Source: a virus. From it: a stretch of 64,000 nucleotides of DNA. Position numbers and translations under genes: made by a program. How positions within the stretch are numbered: position 1 is the stretch's first letter; every line of letters begins with the position of its first letter. The notes below the pieces were generated by a model that saw only the letters and a program-made list of their open reading frames with translations, was not told the DNA's origin and ran no database searches. The stretch spans positions 13,966-77,965 of IMG/VR virus record IMGVR_UViG_3300022916_000011. One strand, 5' to 3'. Of this stretch, positions 16,703-26,453 are shown one piece after another.

Positions 16703-17196
16703 GAGATGATATGAGAGAAACAGGTGACAATGTTCAAATTCATCCAACTGCAAGAGTGGATTACTGTTATATGGGGAAGAATATTAAAATTTGGCATAAT
16801 TCTCATATTTGTGACAGGGCAGAAATTGGGGATAATTGTATGATCGGTCAGAATGTCTACATTGGACCAGATGTTAAAATTGGAAAAGATTGTAGAATCC
16901 AGAATAACGCTTATATACCAGAAGGTGTCATTATTGGGGATTTTGTTTTTATTGGACCTGGAGTAACATTCACTAATGTTAAGTATCCTGATGCATTGAC
17001 AGATCAAAGTGGTAATTTTTTGACTACTAAGGTTATGGCTGGTGTGGTAATTGGTGCTAATGCGACAATCTTGCCAGGACTAGAGATTGGTAGTGAGAGT
17101 TTTGTGGGGGCAGGTTCTGTTGTTACAAAAGATGTTGAAAATGGAGAAACTGTGGTTGGTAATCCAGCAAGAAATTTTGATAATGGGAGAAAGTAA
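16699..17196 (+). CDS. wbpD: hexapeptide-repeat N-acetyltransferase, WbpD/WlbB-like
   Basis: IWHNSHI, IGQNVYIG, IQNN, FTNVKYP, VVGNPAR. Confidence 0.8.
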   Translation: MRDDMRETGDNVQIHPTARVDYCYMGKNIKIWHNSHICDRAEIGDNCMIGQNVYIGPDVKIGKDCRIQNNAYIPEGVIIGDFVFIGPGVTFTNVKYPDALTDQSGNFLTTKVMAGVVIGANATILPGLEIGSESFVGAGSVVTKDVENGETVVGNPARNFDNGRK

Positions 17197-17649
17197 ATGA
17201 AAGACAATGTTATACAAATTGAAAATGATATAAAGTTAGCTGTTGTGTGTATGCCTGGTTTAGAGTCATTTCTTCCAGATATTGTGCATAGTTTAGAAGA
17301 AAACTATTCTGTACAGACATGCTATAGTAAGGATATGAATGAAATTAAAGATGTTGTGGAATGGTGCGATATTGTATGGATCGAATGGGCCAATGAACTT
17401 GCTATCCATATTACCAATGAATTACCAATTGAAGACAAACAGGTGATTATAAGGTTGCATTCGTATGAAGCTTTATCCGGGTATTGTACGCAAATAAAAT
17501 GGGAAAAGGTAGATGGTCTTATACTAGTTGCACAACATATAAAGGATATATTAAAAAACCAAAATATTATTTTACCGGCAGATTTGAGAACGTACATTAT
17601 TCCTAATGGTGTAGATTGTGATAAATTCAGGAGGGTAGTTAATGGCTAG
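17197..17649 (+). CDS. N-terminal half of a GT-B (GT4-like) glycosyltransferase
   Basis: DIVWIEW, RLHSYE, ends IIPNGVDCDKF. Confidence 0.75.
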   Translation: MKDNVIQIENDIKLAVVCMPGLESFLPDIVHSLEENYSVQTCYSKDMNEIKDVVEWCDIVWIEWANELAIHITNELPIEDKQVIIRLHSYEALSGYCTQIKWEKVDGLILVAQHIKDILKNQNIILPADLRTYIIPNGVDCDKFRRVVNG

Positions 17650-18040
17650 AGGAAACTTTGTGAACTGGGATTCTTTAAAAGAAACTTATAACAGGATGCA
17701 TAATACGCAGTATAAAACAAGTAAAGAATGGGTCATAGAGCTATACAATAAGCATAAAAAATATGTCAGTCCTGTATCAGAAGAATTAGGGGTTAGTTTT
17801 AATACGGTTAGTAAATATTTGGATGGTCTGGGTGTTCTGGAAAGAAAACCTAAAGGTGGAAATAACTATATAAATAGACCTATGGGTAAAAAAGAGCAGT
17901 TATTTTTAGGAATAACGGAAAAAACTATGTTGGAGTTAACTAGAAAGCAAGTAATGGAAAGATGCGGAATATCGCATACTACGTTTAATAAATTGGCAAA
18001 AAAGTACGGAAGAACTTATTTGAAAGGAAGAAGCGCATGA
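17642..18040 (+). CDS. double-HTH DNA-binding protein between the glycosyltransferase halves
   Basis: VSEELGVSFNTVSKYL and QVMERCGISHTTFNKL; AGGAGG SD. Confidence 0.65.
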   Translation: MARGNFVNWDSLKETYNRMHNTQYKTSKEWVIELYNKHKKYVSPVSEELGVSFNTVSKYLDGLGVLERKPKGGNNYINRPMGKKEQLFLGITEKTMLELTRKQVMERCGISHTTFNKLAKKYGRTYLKGRSA

Positions 18041-20220
18041 AACCAATAGAGGGAAAGAGAATTGCATTCTTAGGGGCATTGTCTCACAAAAAAGGTATTC
18101 AGCTTATGGTTGAGGGGTTCAATGCCATTCATGAAGCTGATGAGGAGTATACTATTCACATTGGGGGTATAATTCAAGATGTACGCTATGGGGCTTATTT
18201 AGATCATGCTATTCTTGATTTAAAATTGCAAGATCATATTTATTATGATGGAAAGGTTGAAGATGTAGTCTCTTGGTTGCAGGATAAAGACTATATTTAC
18301 TGTTCTTCACCCTTAGAAGGTTGTCCAGTCGGGGTATTAGAAGCACTTTCTGTAGGATTAAAGCCTCTAATTCACTCATTTATAGGTGCTTCTGGTCTTT
18401 ACCCACAAAAATATATCTGGAGAACCATAAAAGAATTGGTTGCAATGGCTTTAGAGGGTAGGGGTGATCCAAAAGAATATAGGGATTTTGTTAAGAATAA
18501 TTATTCGTTGGATAGACAATTGAAGTCAATAAGCAGGGTGGTAGGTTCTGTAGCTAAGGATGTAAAGAAAACTGCTGTGCGATCTAAGAATAGTACTGTT
18601 TCTTGTGTAATTGCTGTTAAGAACGGGGAGAAAACCATTGAAAGAGCATTGGAATCTCTAATTTGTCAGACTAAGAAATTAGATCAGATCATTGTTGTAA
18701 ATGATGCTTCCACTGATAATACAGTGGAAATTGTGTCTAAATTTGCAACATTTCATAAAGATTCAACTATTAACGCTCAGATTATCACTTTGCCAGAAAG
18801 TAAATGGGTATTTTCAGCTAGAAATGAGGGATTTAAGCGTGTAGATACGGATTATTTCTTTTTTCTTGATGCAGATGATTATGTACCTGAAAATTATGTG
18901 TATGAAATGAGCAAAATGTTAGACAATAATCCTACAGTAGCAGTTACTTATTGTGATATGGTTCATTTTAATGAACTAGGGGAGGAGAAAGTTCCTGTAC
19001 CAGAATTTGATCCATCTATTCTTATGGAAAGAAATTTTATTGCTTACTCTGCAATGCAAAGGACGAAGAACTTTGAAGGATATTCTGAATATTTGAATGA
19101 TACCAGAAATCATTTGACGGAATGGGATCTTTGGTTAAATTACGTCAAGAGGGGTTTCCAGATAAGAAAGTGTACCCATACTAGCTTTCATTATTACCTT
19201 GCACCCACGATGGGCTCAGACACTCAAATGAGTAAAAATTATGAACAACCTAGACTTTCAATGCACATTCAGATGGCGATGGGGTTGGTTGCTAATCTTT
19301 CTGATATTCAGATTAAAGGGGATGAGAAAAGAATTCTTCTTGTATGTCAGGGAAAAGATTATTTGGATCGTTCAAAAATGGGTTTTGAACTTATGACTTG
19401 GTGCAAACCTCTAGAGGATTTTGGGGATGTATTTGTATTCCAGTATGATGTAGCAATAAAACATTTTGGTAAAGAAGGAATGGTTAACAAGCTGGAAGAG
19501 ACTTTAAATGTTGTAGACCCAACTGTAATTTTCCACCCAACATACGTGGATGATATTCCAGCTAAAACATGGGCTGAGATAACTAAAGCATTTAAAACAG
19601 TTTGCTGGAATAGTGATGATGATAGACGGTTCGACAGTTTTTCAAAAGAGTATGGGAAAAATTTTACTAATTCGGTGACTACTTACCCTGAAATATTTAA
19701 GAAAATGGATCATCCTGGTAGGATTTTAAGTGCTTGGGCAGTGAACACTTCTTATTTTTATCCTAGAGAAAAAACAATAGATGTTAGTTTTTGTGGTCAG
19801 AAGTATGGTGGCCGTGAAGAAATGTTAAGCGGTTTGGATGTGGAATGTTATGGGGGTGGTTGGGAAAATGGTTTTGTTGATTTTACAGAAATGGCAAAGA
19901 TATTAGGGGAGAGCAAAATTTCTATTAATTTCAGTTTGGGTGCTGATGGTAATTCTCAAATGAAACTCCGACCCTTTGAGATATGTGGTTCTAATACTTT
20001 GTGTTTAACTGAGAATGCACCTGGATTAGATAATTTATATGCGATAGAGGAAGAGGTTATCCTTTTTGAAACCAAAAAAGAACTAAAGGAATTGATCGAG
20101 TATTATCTAGAACATGAAGATGAAAGAAAAGCTATAGCCAAAGCTGCATATGAGCGCACTATATCTAAGCATACGTGGAAAAATAGGTTTGAAGAGATTT
20201 TCAACGTGCTTTACACTTAA
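18037..20220 (+). CDS. multidomain glycosyltransferase: GT4 C-half, GT2 and CgeB/YkvP-like GT
   Basis: KKG..EGCPVGVLEA; VVNDASTD..ARNEG..FLDADD; KISINF..KLRPFEI..HTWKNRF. Confidence 0.85.
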   Translation: MKPIEGKRIAFLGALSHKKGIQLMVEGFNAIHEADEEYTIHIGGIIQDVRYGAYLDHAILDLKLQDHIYYDGKVEDVVSWLQDKDYIYCSSPLEGCPVGVLEALSVGLKPLIHSFIGASGLYPQKYIWRTIKELVAMALEGRGDPKEYRDFVKNNYSLDRQLKSISRVVGSVAKDVKKTAVRSKNSTVSCVIAVKNGEKTIERALESLICQTKKLDQIIVVNDASTDNTVEIVSKFATFHKDSTINAQIITLPESKWVFSARNEGFKRVDTDYFFFLDADDYVPENYVYEMSKMLDNNPTVAVTYCDMVHFNELGEEKVPVPEFDPSILMERNFIAYSAMQRTKNFEGYSEYLNDTRNHLTEWDLWLNYVKRGFQIRKCTHTSFHYYLAPTMGSDTQMSKNYEQPRLSMHIQMAMGLVANLSDIQIKGDEKRILLVCQGKDYLDRSKMGFELMTWCKPLEDFGDVFVFQYDVAIKHFGKEGMVNKLEETLNVVDPTVIFHPTYVDDIPAKTWAEITKAFKTVCWNSDDDRRFDSFSKEYGKNFTNSVTTYPEIFKKMDHPGRILSAWAVNTSYFYPREKTIDVSFCGQKYGGREEMLSGLDVECYGGGWENGFVDFTEMAKILGESKISINFSLGADGNSQMKLRPFEICGSNTLCLTENAPGLDNLYAIEEEVILFETKKELKELIEYYLEHEDERKAIAKAAYERTISKHTWKNRFEEIFNVLYT

Positions 20221-20228
20221 TTTTTCTC

Positions 20229-20258
20229 TTGACTTTTACATGTATAATGTGGTATAAA
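20229..20258 (+). promoter_or_regulatory. sigma-70-type promoter
   Basis: TTGACT-18 nt-TATAAA with TG extension. Confidence 0.5.
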
Positions 20259-20277
20259 GTATGTAAATTAAATTAAA

Positions 20278-20322
20278 ATAAAGATTAGTAAGGGGAGGTT
20301 ATCTTCTCTTACTAATCTTTAT
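20278..20322. promoter_or_regulatory. long hairpin (~20 bp stem) just upstream of an SD
   Basis: ATAAAGATTAGTAAG..CTTACTAATCTTTAT. Confidence 0.7.
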
Positions 20323-20348
20323 AAAGAAAGGAGACAATAAATTAAATT

Positions 20349-20633
20349 ATGCGGAGAAAAAAGAAAATACCAAGAAAGAAGAAATATGATGTAGTATTGA
20401 ACAATCATGCTAAGAAAAGGGTTTGGGAAAGATATTCTATTGAATTTACTAATGCTGATTTGAACAAAATAATTGCCAAGATTCATAATGGGGATGCGGT
20501 GTTTGTAGAAGGAAAGACTAATACTAGAACTGTTCATAAGATTGAGTACGAAGGAACTGATTTTTTAGTTTTGTACAGCAGAAGTATGAAAAGAATTGTT
20601 ACATTTCTACCAATGGAGAATTATCATGCGTGA
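20349..20633 (+). CDS. hypothetical protein, possible RelE/BrnT-like nuclease fold
   Basis: HAKKRVWER N-terminal motif, IVTFLP C-terminus. Confidence 0.5.
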   Translation: MRRKKKIPRKKKYDVVLNNHAKKRVWERYSIEFTNADLNKIIAKIHNGDAVFVEGKTNTRTVHKIEYEGTDFLVLYSRSMKRIVTFLPMENYHA

Positions 20634-20829
20634 TAAGATTAAAGCTAGAATATTAGATGAATTAGAAATGAGAGGTTGGACTATAGTTGAGGGTACAGAA
20701 AACTTGATTCCACCGGATTCATTATGGGAAAAGAAACCAAAAGAGTTTTTCGTGTATGATGCTGTTGATGTGGAAGAATTACTGAATAAAGAATTTTTTG
20801 AAAAAGTTTTAATGGAGGAGGGGTTATAA
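20626..20829 (+). CDS. hypothetical protein
   Basis: coupled ORF with GGAG SD. Confidence 0.65.
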   Translation: MRDKIKARILDELEMRGWTIVEGTENLIPPDSLWEKKPKEFFVYDAVDVEELLNKEFFEKVLMEEGL

Positions 20830-21476
20830 TGGGGTGGGAAGATGATTTGATTGCTACATTAGAAGATGAAATAAAAAAAGATTCTACTTCTGGTCTTTAC
20901 GATGAGGATTTTTATAATGCACACGTTAAGTATAAACCCATTTATAGTTTCCTGGGGGATTTGATAGTCGCCACTCTTGAACCGAAATCTGTTATTGACT
21001 TGGGTTGTGGGTGCGGTTTCCTTCTAGAAAGATTGAAAGAGCATGGTGTTTCAACTCTTAAAGGGATTGACGGTAGTGATCAAGCTGAATCTGCTTGGAG
21101 TGAAGATATTAAAACCTTTGCAGAAGTACATGATCTTGTGAAATTCAAACCAGAAGGAAGGTATGATCTTGCTGTTTGTATGGAAGTAGCAGAGCATATT
21201 CCTCAAGATAAATCTTCTAGAGTCGTTAAAGTTGTGACAAGTGCAGCTAGTAAGTTTGTATGGTGGACTGCTGCTGTACCAGGACAGGGTGGTACAGGAC
21301 ATGTAAATTGTCAGAGCATTTGTTATTGGGTAAGGGAATTTGAAAATCAAGGGTTTGTACCCGCATGGGAATTAACCTATGATCTAAAAACAGAAATGTT
21401 GAAAATTCCAGAAATATGTATGTCATTCCCATGGTTTAGGGATAATTTAATTCTTTTTAAGAGGGTGGGAAAATGA
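20829..21476 (+). CDS. class I SAM-dependent methyltransferase
   Basis: VIDLGCGCG, CMEVAEHI, AAVPGQGGTGHVN. Confidence 0.85.
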   Translation: MGWEDDLIATLEDEIKKDSTSGLYDEDFYNAHVKYKPIYSFLGDLIVATLEPKSVIDLGCGCGFLLERLKEHGVSTLKGIDGSDQAESAWSEDIKTFAEVHDLVKFKPEGRYDLAVCMEVAEHIPQDKSSRVVKVVTSAASKFVWWTAAVPGQGGTGHVNCQSICYWVREFENQGFVPAWELTYDLKTEMLKIPEICMSFPWFRDNLILFKRVGK

Positions 21477-21601
21477 ATAATGATGAAGAAGAACAAATTC
21501 CTAATCTCAATAAGCATGAAAGTGAGTTGAGAAAACATAGGAAAAAGAGAAAGATAAAAAGTAAAATGTCCAAACGGTCAAGAAAGAAAAATAGGAGGTA
21601 A
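21473..21601 (+). CDS. small highly basic protein (42 aa)
   Basis: manually translated; ATGA overlap; K/R-rich. Confidence 0.5.
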   Translation: MNNDEEEQIPNLNKHESELRKHRKKRKIKSKMSKRSRKKNRR

Positions 21602-21603
21602 AC

Positions 21604-22302
21604 GTGGGACAAGTCTTTGCTTTTGGCAATTCTCATGTATCTATTTTTTCTGGAACTGATTCGATGGTTCCAATTTGGCCTAATCTTTCACAAGATAAAC
21701 TTCCTTGGTTTCGTACTTTTAGGATAGGTGCTGTTACTGCTTATCAGGCAGTGAAGCACATGAAATTGATTTATGAAATATGTGATTCTGTTTCTTTTAA
21801 AAAAGATGAGGATATTCTTTTATTTGTATTTGGTGAAGTGGATATTAGAGCGCATATAGTAGAACAAAGTAAAAAACAGAATAGACCACAAGTACAAATA
21901 ACAAAGGAAGTAGTACAAAGGTATTTTGAAGCTATAAAAGAGGCTAAAGATGAAGGTTATGAAGTAGCAGTTTTTGGCTGTATTGCTGGTTTTAAGTTAA
22001 AAGAAGGTGGGGATAAGCCACCTTGGCCTTACTCTGGTACATGTAAAGAGCGTAATAGCATAACACAAATTTTTAATCAGGAATTATGTAAAAAGTGTCA
22101 TACTAATTACATTCCTTTTATTTCTGTGTTTGAAGAAATGCTATTAATGAATGGAGAAACTGATGTTAGATATTTAGATATTAATGGTGCTGGATGTCAC
22201 CTCACTACGAAAATACTTCCATTGATTCTATGGCGATTTAGAGATTCAGGGTTAATTCCTTTTGATTGTAAATTGTGTGAGTGGGAGAGTAAAGGGGCAT
22301 AA
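21604..22302 (+). CDS. SGNH/GDSL-like hydrolase or O-acyltransferase
   Basis: FGNSH, FGEVDIR, D....CHL. Confidence 0.7.
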   Translation: MGQVFAFGNSHVSIFSGTDSMVPIWPNLSQDKLPWFRTFRIGAVTAYQAVKHMKLIYEICDSVSFKKDEDILLFVFGEVDIRAHIVEQSKKQNRPQVQITKEVVQRYFEAIKEAKDEGYEVAVFGCIAGFKLKEGGDKPPWPYSGTCKERNSITQIFNQELCKKCHTNYIPFISVFEEMLLMNGETDVRYLDINGAGCHLTTKILPLILWRFRDSGLIPFDCKLCEWESKGA

Positions 22303-22304
22303 AA

Positions 22305-23039
22305 TTGACAGATTTAGTTTACTTGCATGTACCAAAAACAGGTGGAACCTATACAGCAAGGAACGGTGTATTAGATCCTATTAATGATTTGAATCATAGT
22401 GTTTTCATAGATGGTAATTTTGATGATAAGGATTACCCACCTAGCCCAGGCTATTTAGCTAAAATGAAGAAAGATGTATCGGTAGTAAATAAACCAGATA
22501 GAATTTGTTTTGCTACCGTTAGGAATCCTTATTCATGGTTAGTGAGCTATTGGTTTCATGCAGGATGTAATATACCAGAAAATGAAAATCCTTCTCATTA
22601 TGATTACAGATTAGCAAGGAAGGGCTTCAGTACCTTTGTGGAAGGAATCGCTAAAAGAGATGTAGGGTGGCCATCTAAGAAATTTATTCATTTCGCTTTT
22701 TTTTCATATAAGGGTGATTTTATGATTGATAGACTAATTCATCAAGAGGATCTAGATAGTGAATTGAAAGAATTAGCTGCTGATTATAAACTTTCTTATA
22801 CACCACAAGACAGGGTTATGGTTGGCAAAGCCACAAAGAATTATGTAGATTATTACGATGATAATTTACGTTCTCTAGTTCGTGATGTTTGGGGTAGGGA
22901 ATTAGCTTTGTTTGGCTATGATTTTTGGGGAAGAAATTTCACTGGTATTTTGGATAAGGGCATTACAGAAAAACATAAGGAAGAAATAAAGTATGTTTGG
23001 AAAACAAATATTTTAAAAATAGGGGAGGAGGCATTATGA
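22305..23039 (+). CDS. sulfotransferase (Sulfotransfer_2-like)
   Basis: YLHVPKTGGT 5'-PSB motif; FATVRNPYSWLVSYW 3'-PB motif; YVDYYD..FGYDF tail. Confidence 0.8.
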   Translation: MTDLVYLHVPKTGGTYTARNGVLDPINDLNHSVFIDGNFDDKDYPPSPGYLAKMKKDVSVVNKPDRICFATVRNPYSWLVSYWFHAGCNIPENENPSHYDYRLARKGFSTFVEGIAKRDVGWPSKKFIHFAFFSYKGDFMIDRLIHQEDLDSELKELAADYKLSYTPQDRVMVGKATKNYVDYYDDNLRSLVRDVWGRELALFGYDFWGRNFTGILDKGITEKHKEEIKYVWKTNILKIGEEAL

Positions 23040-24106
23040 ACATTCTTTACATACCTTTGGAATTTCCAAATTGGTACTCTGCAAAGAAAATGACTTATCC
23101 GGTTGGGGTAGGTCTAAGTGAAGGTTTTGGTAAGAATATTGAGGTTACGGTTGTACCAGCATTTTACAATTCCGGTCTGTGGATGCAATATTTGCATCAA
23201 ATTACTATGGGACAAAAGTATGATCAGGTTTGGTTTGAAGTTGTGCATTCTAAAATTCCAATGCAGGTATTGGAATATATAAAATCTTTAGCTGAAATTA
23301 GGGTAGGATTTGTTATTGAAAGTCTCACTATTCATCCTGATGAGTATAAAAATAATCCAGACGGTACTAATTTAAGAACAGAAAATCTCAATGCGAAATT
23401 GCCATATATGACGCACGTTGTAGTTGTGGATGAGAGAGATTTAAAAACCTTCAAAATTCCAGTAATGTTTGATATTGCTAGTGTGCCTGAGAGTATGGTT
23501 AATCTTGAAGTGAATGAAAAAGCACTAGAAACTGATAATGTAATTTTTTATGGAACACCTTATGGAGAAAGAGAGCAATGGGTCAAAGCATTGGGTGATT
23601 CTCTTTTGTTAAATCCACAAGGTAATTCAGAAGAAAAGGGTGGAATGCCAGCACAATATGAAACCATCACCTCTGGTGCATTTAATAATATGTTCGGAAA
23701 AGAGGTTATTCCAGTTGGGTATTACAAAACATTTTGTGATTCTTGGATGGGTATTCGAAAGAAAATGTATCAGAATTGGATGCGTATACTCTGGAGTATT
23801 CAAGGGTATGGGGTCTTAAATCTTCCACATAGAACTAATGTTTTATCAAGCAGGGTGATCGAATCTATGGCTGCGGGTAAAGTTGTGTTTTCGCCCAGAA
23901 TGTACAATGGAGCAGATTTCTTGTTTAATAATGGTGAAAATATTATGTATTATGAGTCATTAGAAGAATTAGAGGAGTTGATCTATGAGATTGATTATGC
24001 GGATAAGTACATGATTGCTAAAAATGCCATCAATACTGTTCTGGAAAATTTCACCACAGAGAAAATGGTTCAACGAATTTTAAAATTCGTTAAGGAGAAT
24101 ATTTGA
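23036..24106 (+). CDS. glycosyltransferase (Glyco_trans_1_2/CgeB-like C-terminus)
   Basis: LNLP..SRVIESMAAG..IAKNA..FTTEKMV. Confidence 0.7.
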   Translation: MNILYIPLEFPNWYSAKKMTYPVGVGLSEGFGKNIEVTVVPAFYNSGLWMQYLHQITMGQKYDQVWFEVVHSKIPMQVLEYIKSLAEIRVGFVIESLTIHPDEYKNNPDGTNLRTENLNAKLPYMTHVVVVDERDLKTFKIPVMFDIASVPESMVNLEVNEKALETDNVIFYGTPYGEREQWVKALGDSLLLNPQGNSEEKGGMPAQYETITSGAFNNMFGKEVIPVGYYKTFCDSWMGIRKKMYQNWMRILWSIQGYGVLNLPHRTNVLSSRVIESMAAGKVVFSPRMYNGADFLFNNGENIMYYESLEELEELIYEIDYADKYMIAKNAINTVLENFTTEKMVQRILKFVKENI

Positions 24107-24297
24107 TGGAACATGCAGATTTTCCAATAGACAGTTTTGGTTTTATGAATGATCCTGCAACAAATGAGCAGAAAGAAATGATTGTTGAACTTTGTGAGGC
24201 TAGAGATACACCAATTGATCCTAATGGTAAATGGCCTGAACCTTTTACTAAGTGGGATGCTAAAAGGATGATTGATAATTTGGAAGGAGAGTCATGA
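24106..24297 (+). CDS. small DUF3072-like protein, paralogue of 28865..29056
   Basis: PATNEQ..LC..FTKWDAKRMID. Confidence 0.65.
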   Translation: MEHADFPIDSFGFMNDPATNEQKEMIVELCEARDTPIDPNGKWPEPFTKWDAKRMIDNLEGES

Positions 24298-24992
24298 ACA
24301 CCTTGGATAAATTGGTAGAATCGGGGTTACATAATGTTGAGGAACCTTTGAAGCTCCATTTGGGTTGTGGTCAGACTAAATTAGATGGTTTCATTAATAT
24401 TGATTTCCCTCAAGATAAACATAATGTTATGATTTCTGCTGCTGATGCAGAAGCAGATATAACAAAAGATTTGCTTTTTCCAAGATTTTCTGTGGATGAA
24501 ATACGGTTACATCATTTGTTCGAACATTTTCCACGTGTAGTAGCATTAGCACAACTTGTGAAATGGCACTTTTGGTTAAAGATTGATGGAATACTCATAA
24601 TTGAAACTCCTGATTTTATGGGGAGTATTCAGCAGATAGTTGATAATGATATTGAGTATGCTCAGAAAATGGCTATAGTACGTCATTTAGTTGGTGATCA
24701 AGCGGCAGAATGGGGATTTCATATAGATCAGTGGTGGAAGGATAGATTTGAAACCACTTTGTCTAGCTTCGGTTTTCATGTTACAGATATTAAATATTTC
24801 ACTTGGGAAATGTGGCCTCATTTAAAAAGTATTACAGTTACTGCCACTAAGGTTGCAGAGATTTCTATAGCGGAACAAATTAAAAAGTGTTTCCTATTAC
24901 TGAAAGATAGCATGGTTTCTGAAAGAGAAGTAGCAACTTTTGAAGTATGGCAACACCAGTTATTAGAAGAACTGAAGGAGTATACGGGATGA
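24294..24992 (+). CDS. SAM-dependent methyltransferase
   Basis: KLHLGCG..GFINID..HHLFEHF..ETPD. Confidence 0.85.
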   Translation: MNTLDKLVESGLHNVEEPLKLHLGCGQTKLDGFINIDFPQDKHNVMISAADAEADITKDLLFPRFSVDEIRLHHLFEHFPRVVALAQLVKWHFWLKIDGILIIETPDFMGSIQQIVDNDIEYAQKMAIVRHLVGDQAAEWGFHIDQWWKDRFETTLSSFGFHVTDIKYFTWEMWPHLKSITVTATKVAEISIAEQIKKCFLLLKDSMVSEREVATFEVWQHQLLEELKEYTG

Positions 24993-25744
24993 CATTATTA
25001 AATCCATATCCAAATAAAATAAAAAGAGAAATACTGACTACTGCTTACAATGCTGGAGAGGGTCATATAGCATCTTCTCTTTCTATTGTGGAATTACTAT
25101 ATGTGCTTTACGATAATGTGTTAAAGGAAGAAGATTATTTTATCTTATCTAAGGGACACGCTTCCCTTGGATGGTATGCTGTTTTGAACCATTTTGGTTA
25201 TATTACGGATGAAGATTCAGATTCATTTTGCAAACCAAATGGATTACCAGGACATCCTGATAGACTCAAAACCCCTTGTATTCATGCGTCTACTGGTTCT
25301 TTAGGACATGGTTTACCCATTGGGGTTGGCATCGCTTTAGGTCTTAAAGCAGCAAATAGAAGTGGGAAAGTTTACGTTCTGATAGGTGATGGAGAAGCTA
25401 ATGAAGGAGCTATATGGGAAGCTGCAAATTTAGCTGTATATCATGATCTGGATAATTTATGTTGTATAGTGGATTGTAATGGTTCTGCTGACAGGGCTTT
25501 GACAACTTATATACCAAAAGTGTTTAGTGCCTTTGGTTGGGTTACTAATGAAATAGTGGGACATAACATGTATGATATTAATCATGCTATTAATGATACA
25601 GCTATTCCACCTAGATTACCTTACTGTGTTGTTGCTATAACGACAAAGGGATATGGGGTTAGTTTCATGGAGAATAACCCTGAGTGGCACCACAAGACGA
25701 TGAATGAAGAACAGTATCAGCAGGCTATGAAGGAGTTAGAATAA
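24989..25744 (+). CDS. transketolase N-terminal (TPP-binding) subunit
   Basis: GHIASSLS, LSKGH, GHP, STGSLGHG, GDGE.NEG, TTKGYG..WHH. Confidence 0.9.
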   Translation: MTLLNPYPNKIKREILTTAYNAGEGHIASSLSIVELLYVLYDNVLKEEDYFILSKGHASLGWYAVLNHFGYITDEDSDSFCKPNGLPGHPDRLKTPCIHASTGSLGHGLPIGVGIALGLKAANRSGKVYVLIGDGEANEGAIWEAANLAVYHDLDNLCCIVDCNGSADRALTTYIPKVFSAFGWVTNEIVGHNMYDINHAINDTAIPPRLPYCVVAITTKGYGVSFMENNPEWHHKTMNEEQYQQAMKELE

Positions 25745-25962
25745 TGGATAATTCTTTTTGGGTAGATGCGGGGGAGGGTGTACATTTACGGATAAGAAAG
25801 TTTGAAAGATTACCCCCTTTTCCAGAACCAACAGAACTTATTTTAGATTGGGAAGGAATAAAAAGAGGTGGAGAAGAAATTCTTTTTTCTAAAGAAGAAG
25901 TAGAAAAAGTGGTAAAGGAATGTCCTTCTTTATTTGATTTCGTTATAGCTAATTTAATATAA
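25744..25962 (+). CDS. hypothetical protein
   Basis: coupled ORF. Confidence 0.6.
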   Translation: MDNSFWVDAGEGVHLRIRKFERLPPFPEPTELILDWEGIKRGGEEILFSKEEVEKVVKECPSLFDFVIANLI

Positions 25963-25975
25963 AGGAACTAGAATA

Positions 25976-26158
25976 ATGGCAAAATCAAATATCACTGTAG
26001 ATGTCACTGCTAATTTGTTTTCCCTATGTTCTGTAAAATGTGACAATTTTAGTTGTGTACACAGAAATCAGGACACCCATAATTGTAATTTGAAGCATAT
26101 AGAAATAGATGTAGCTGGAAAATGTGAAAATTATAGAACTGCGAATATGATGGCATGA
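25976..26158 (+). CDS. small Cys-rich protein
   Basis: C..C....C.H..C..C. Confidence 0.6.
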   Translation: MAKSNITVDVTANLFSLCSVKCDNFSCVHRNQDTHNCNLKHIEIDVAGKCENYRTANMMA

Positions 26159-26167
26159 GGGGTTAAA

Positions 26168-26452
26168 ATGAAAGCACCGATACGAGAAAGACGTTTAGGT
26201 AAATTCTCTATTACAAGGAATGTGATATACGACAATCCTGAGCTTGTTAAAAGAATAATGGGTGAATGTATTATTGTTAATGCAACTATGAAGTGGCATA
26301 CAGATGCTATTCATTATGTAGCTATATCAGATCATTTTGCTGTAGTAGAAGAAGGAGATAGAGAAATACCTATTTATTCAATCCAATGTGAAACAGAATA
26401 TGATGATACTGGTATGATAGTTAATATTGATTGGAAGTTTACGGGGGTGTAA
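26168..26452 (+). CDS. hypothetical protein
   Basis: ORF with GAGG SD. Confidence 0.65.
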   Translation: MKAPIRERRLGKFSITRNVIYDNPELVKRIMGECIIVNATMKWHTDAIHYVAISDHFAVVEEGDREIPIYSIQCETEYDDTGMIVNIDWKFTGV

Positions 26453-26453
26453 A

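Noticed and set aside
17630-18040. Group I or II intron interrupting the glycosyltransferase
   Set aside because: The inserted ORF overlaps both neighbours, leaving no non-coding sequence for a ribozyme core.
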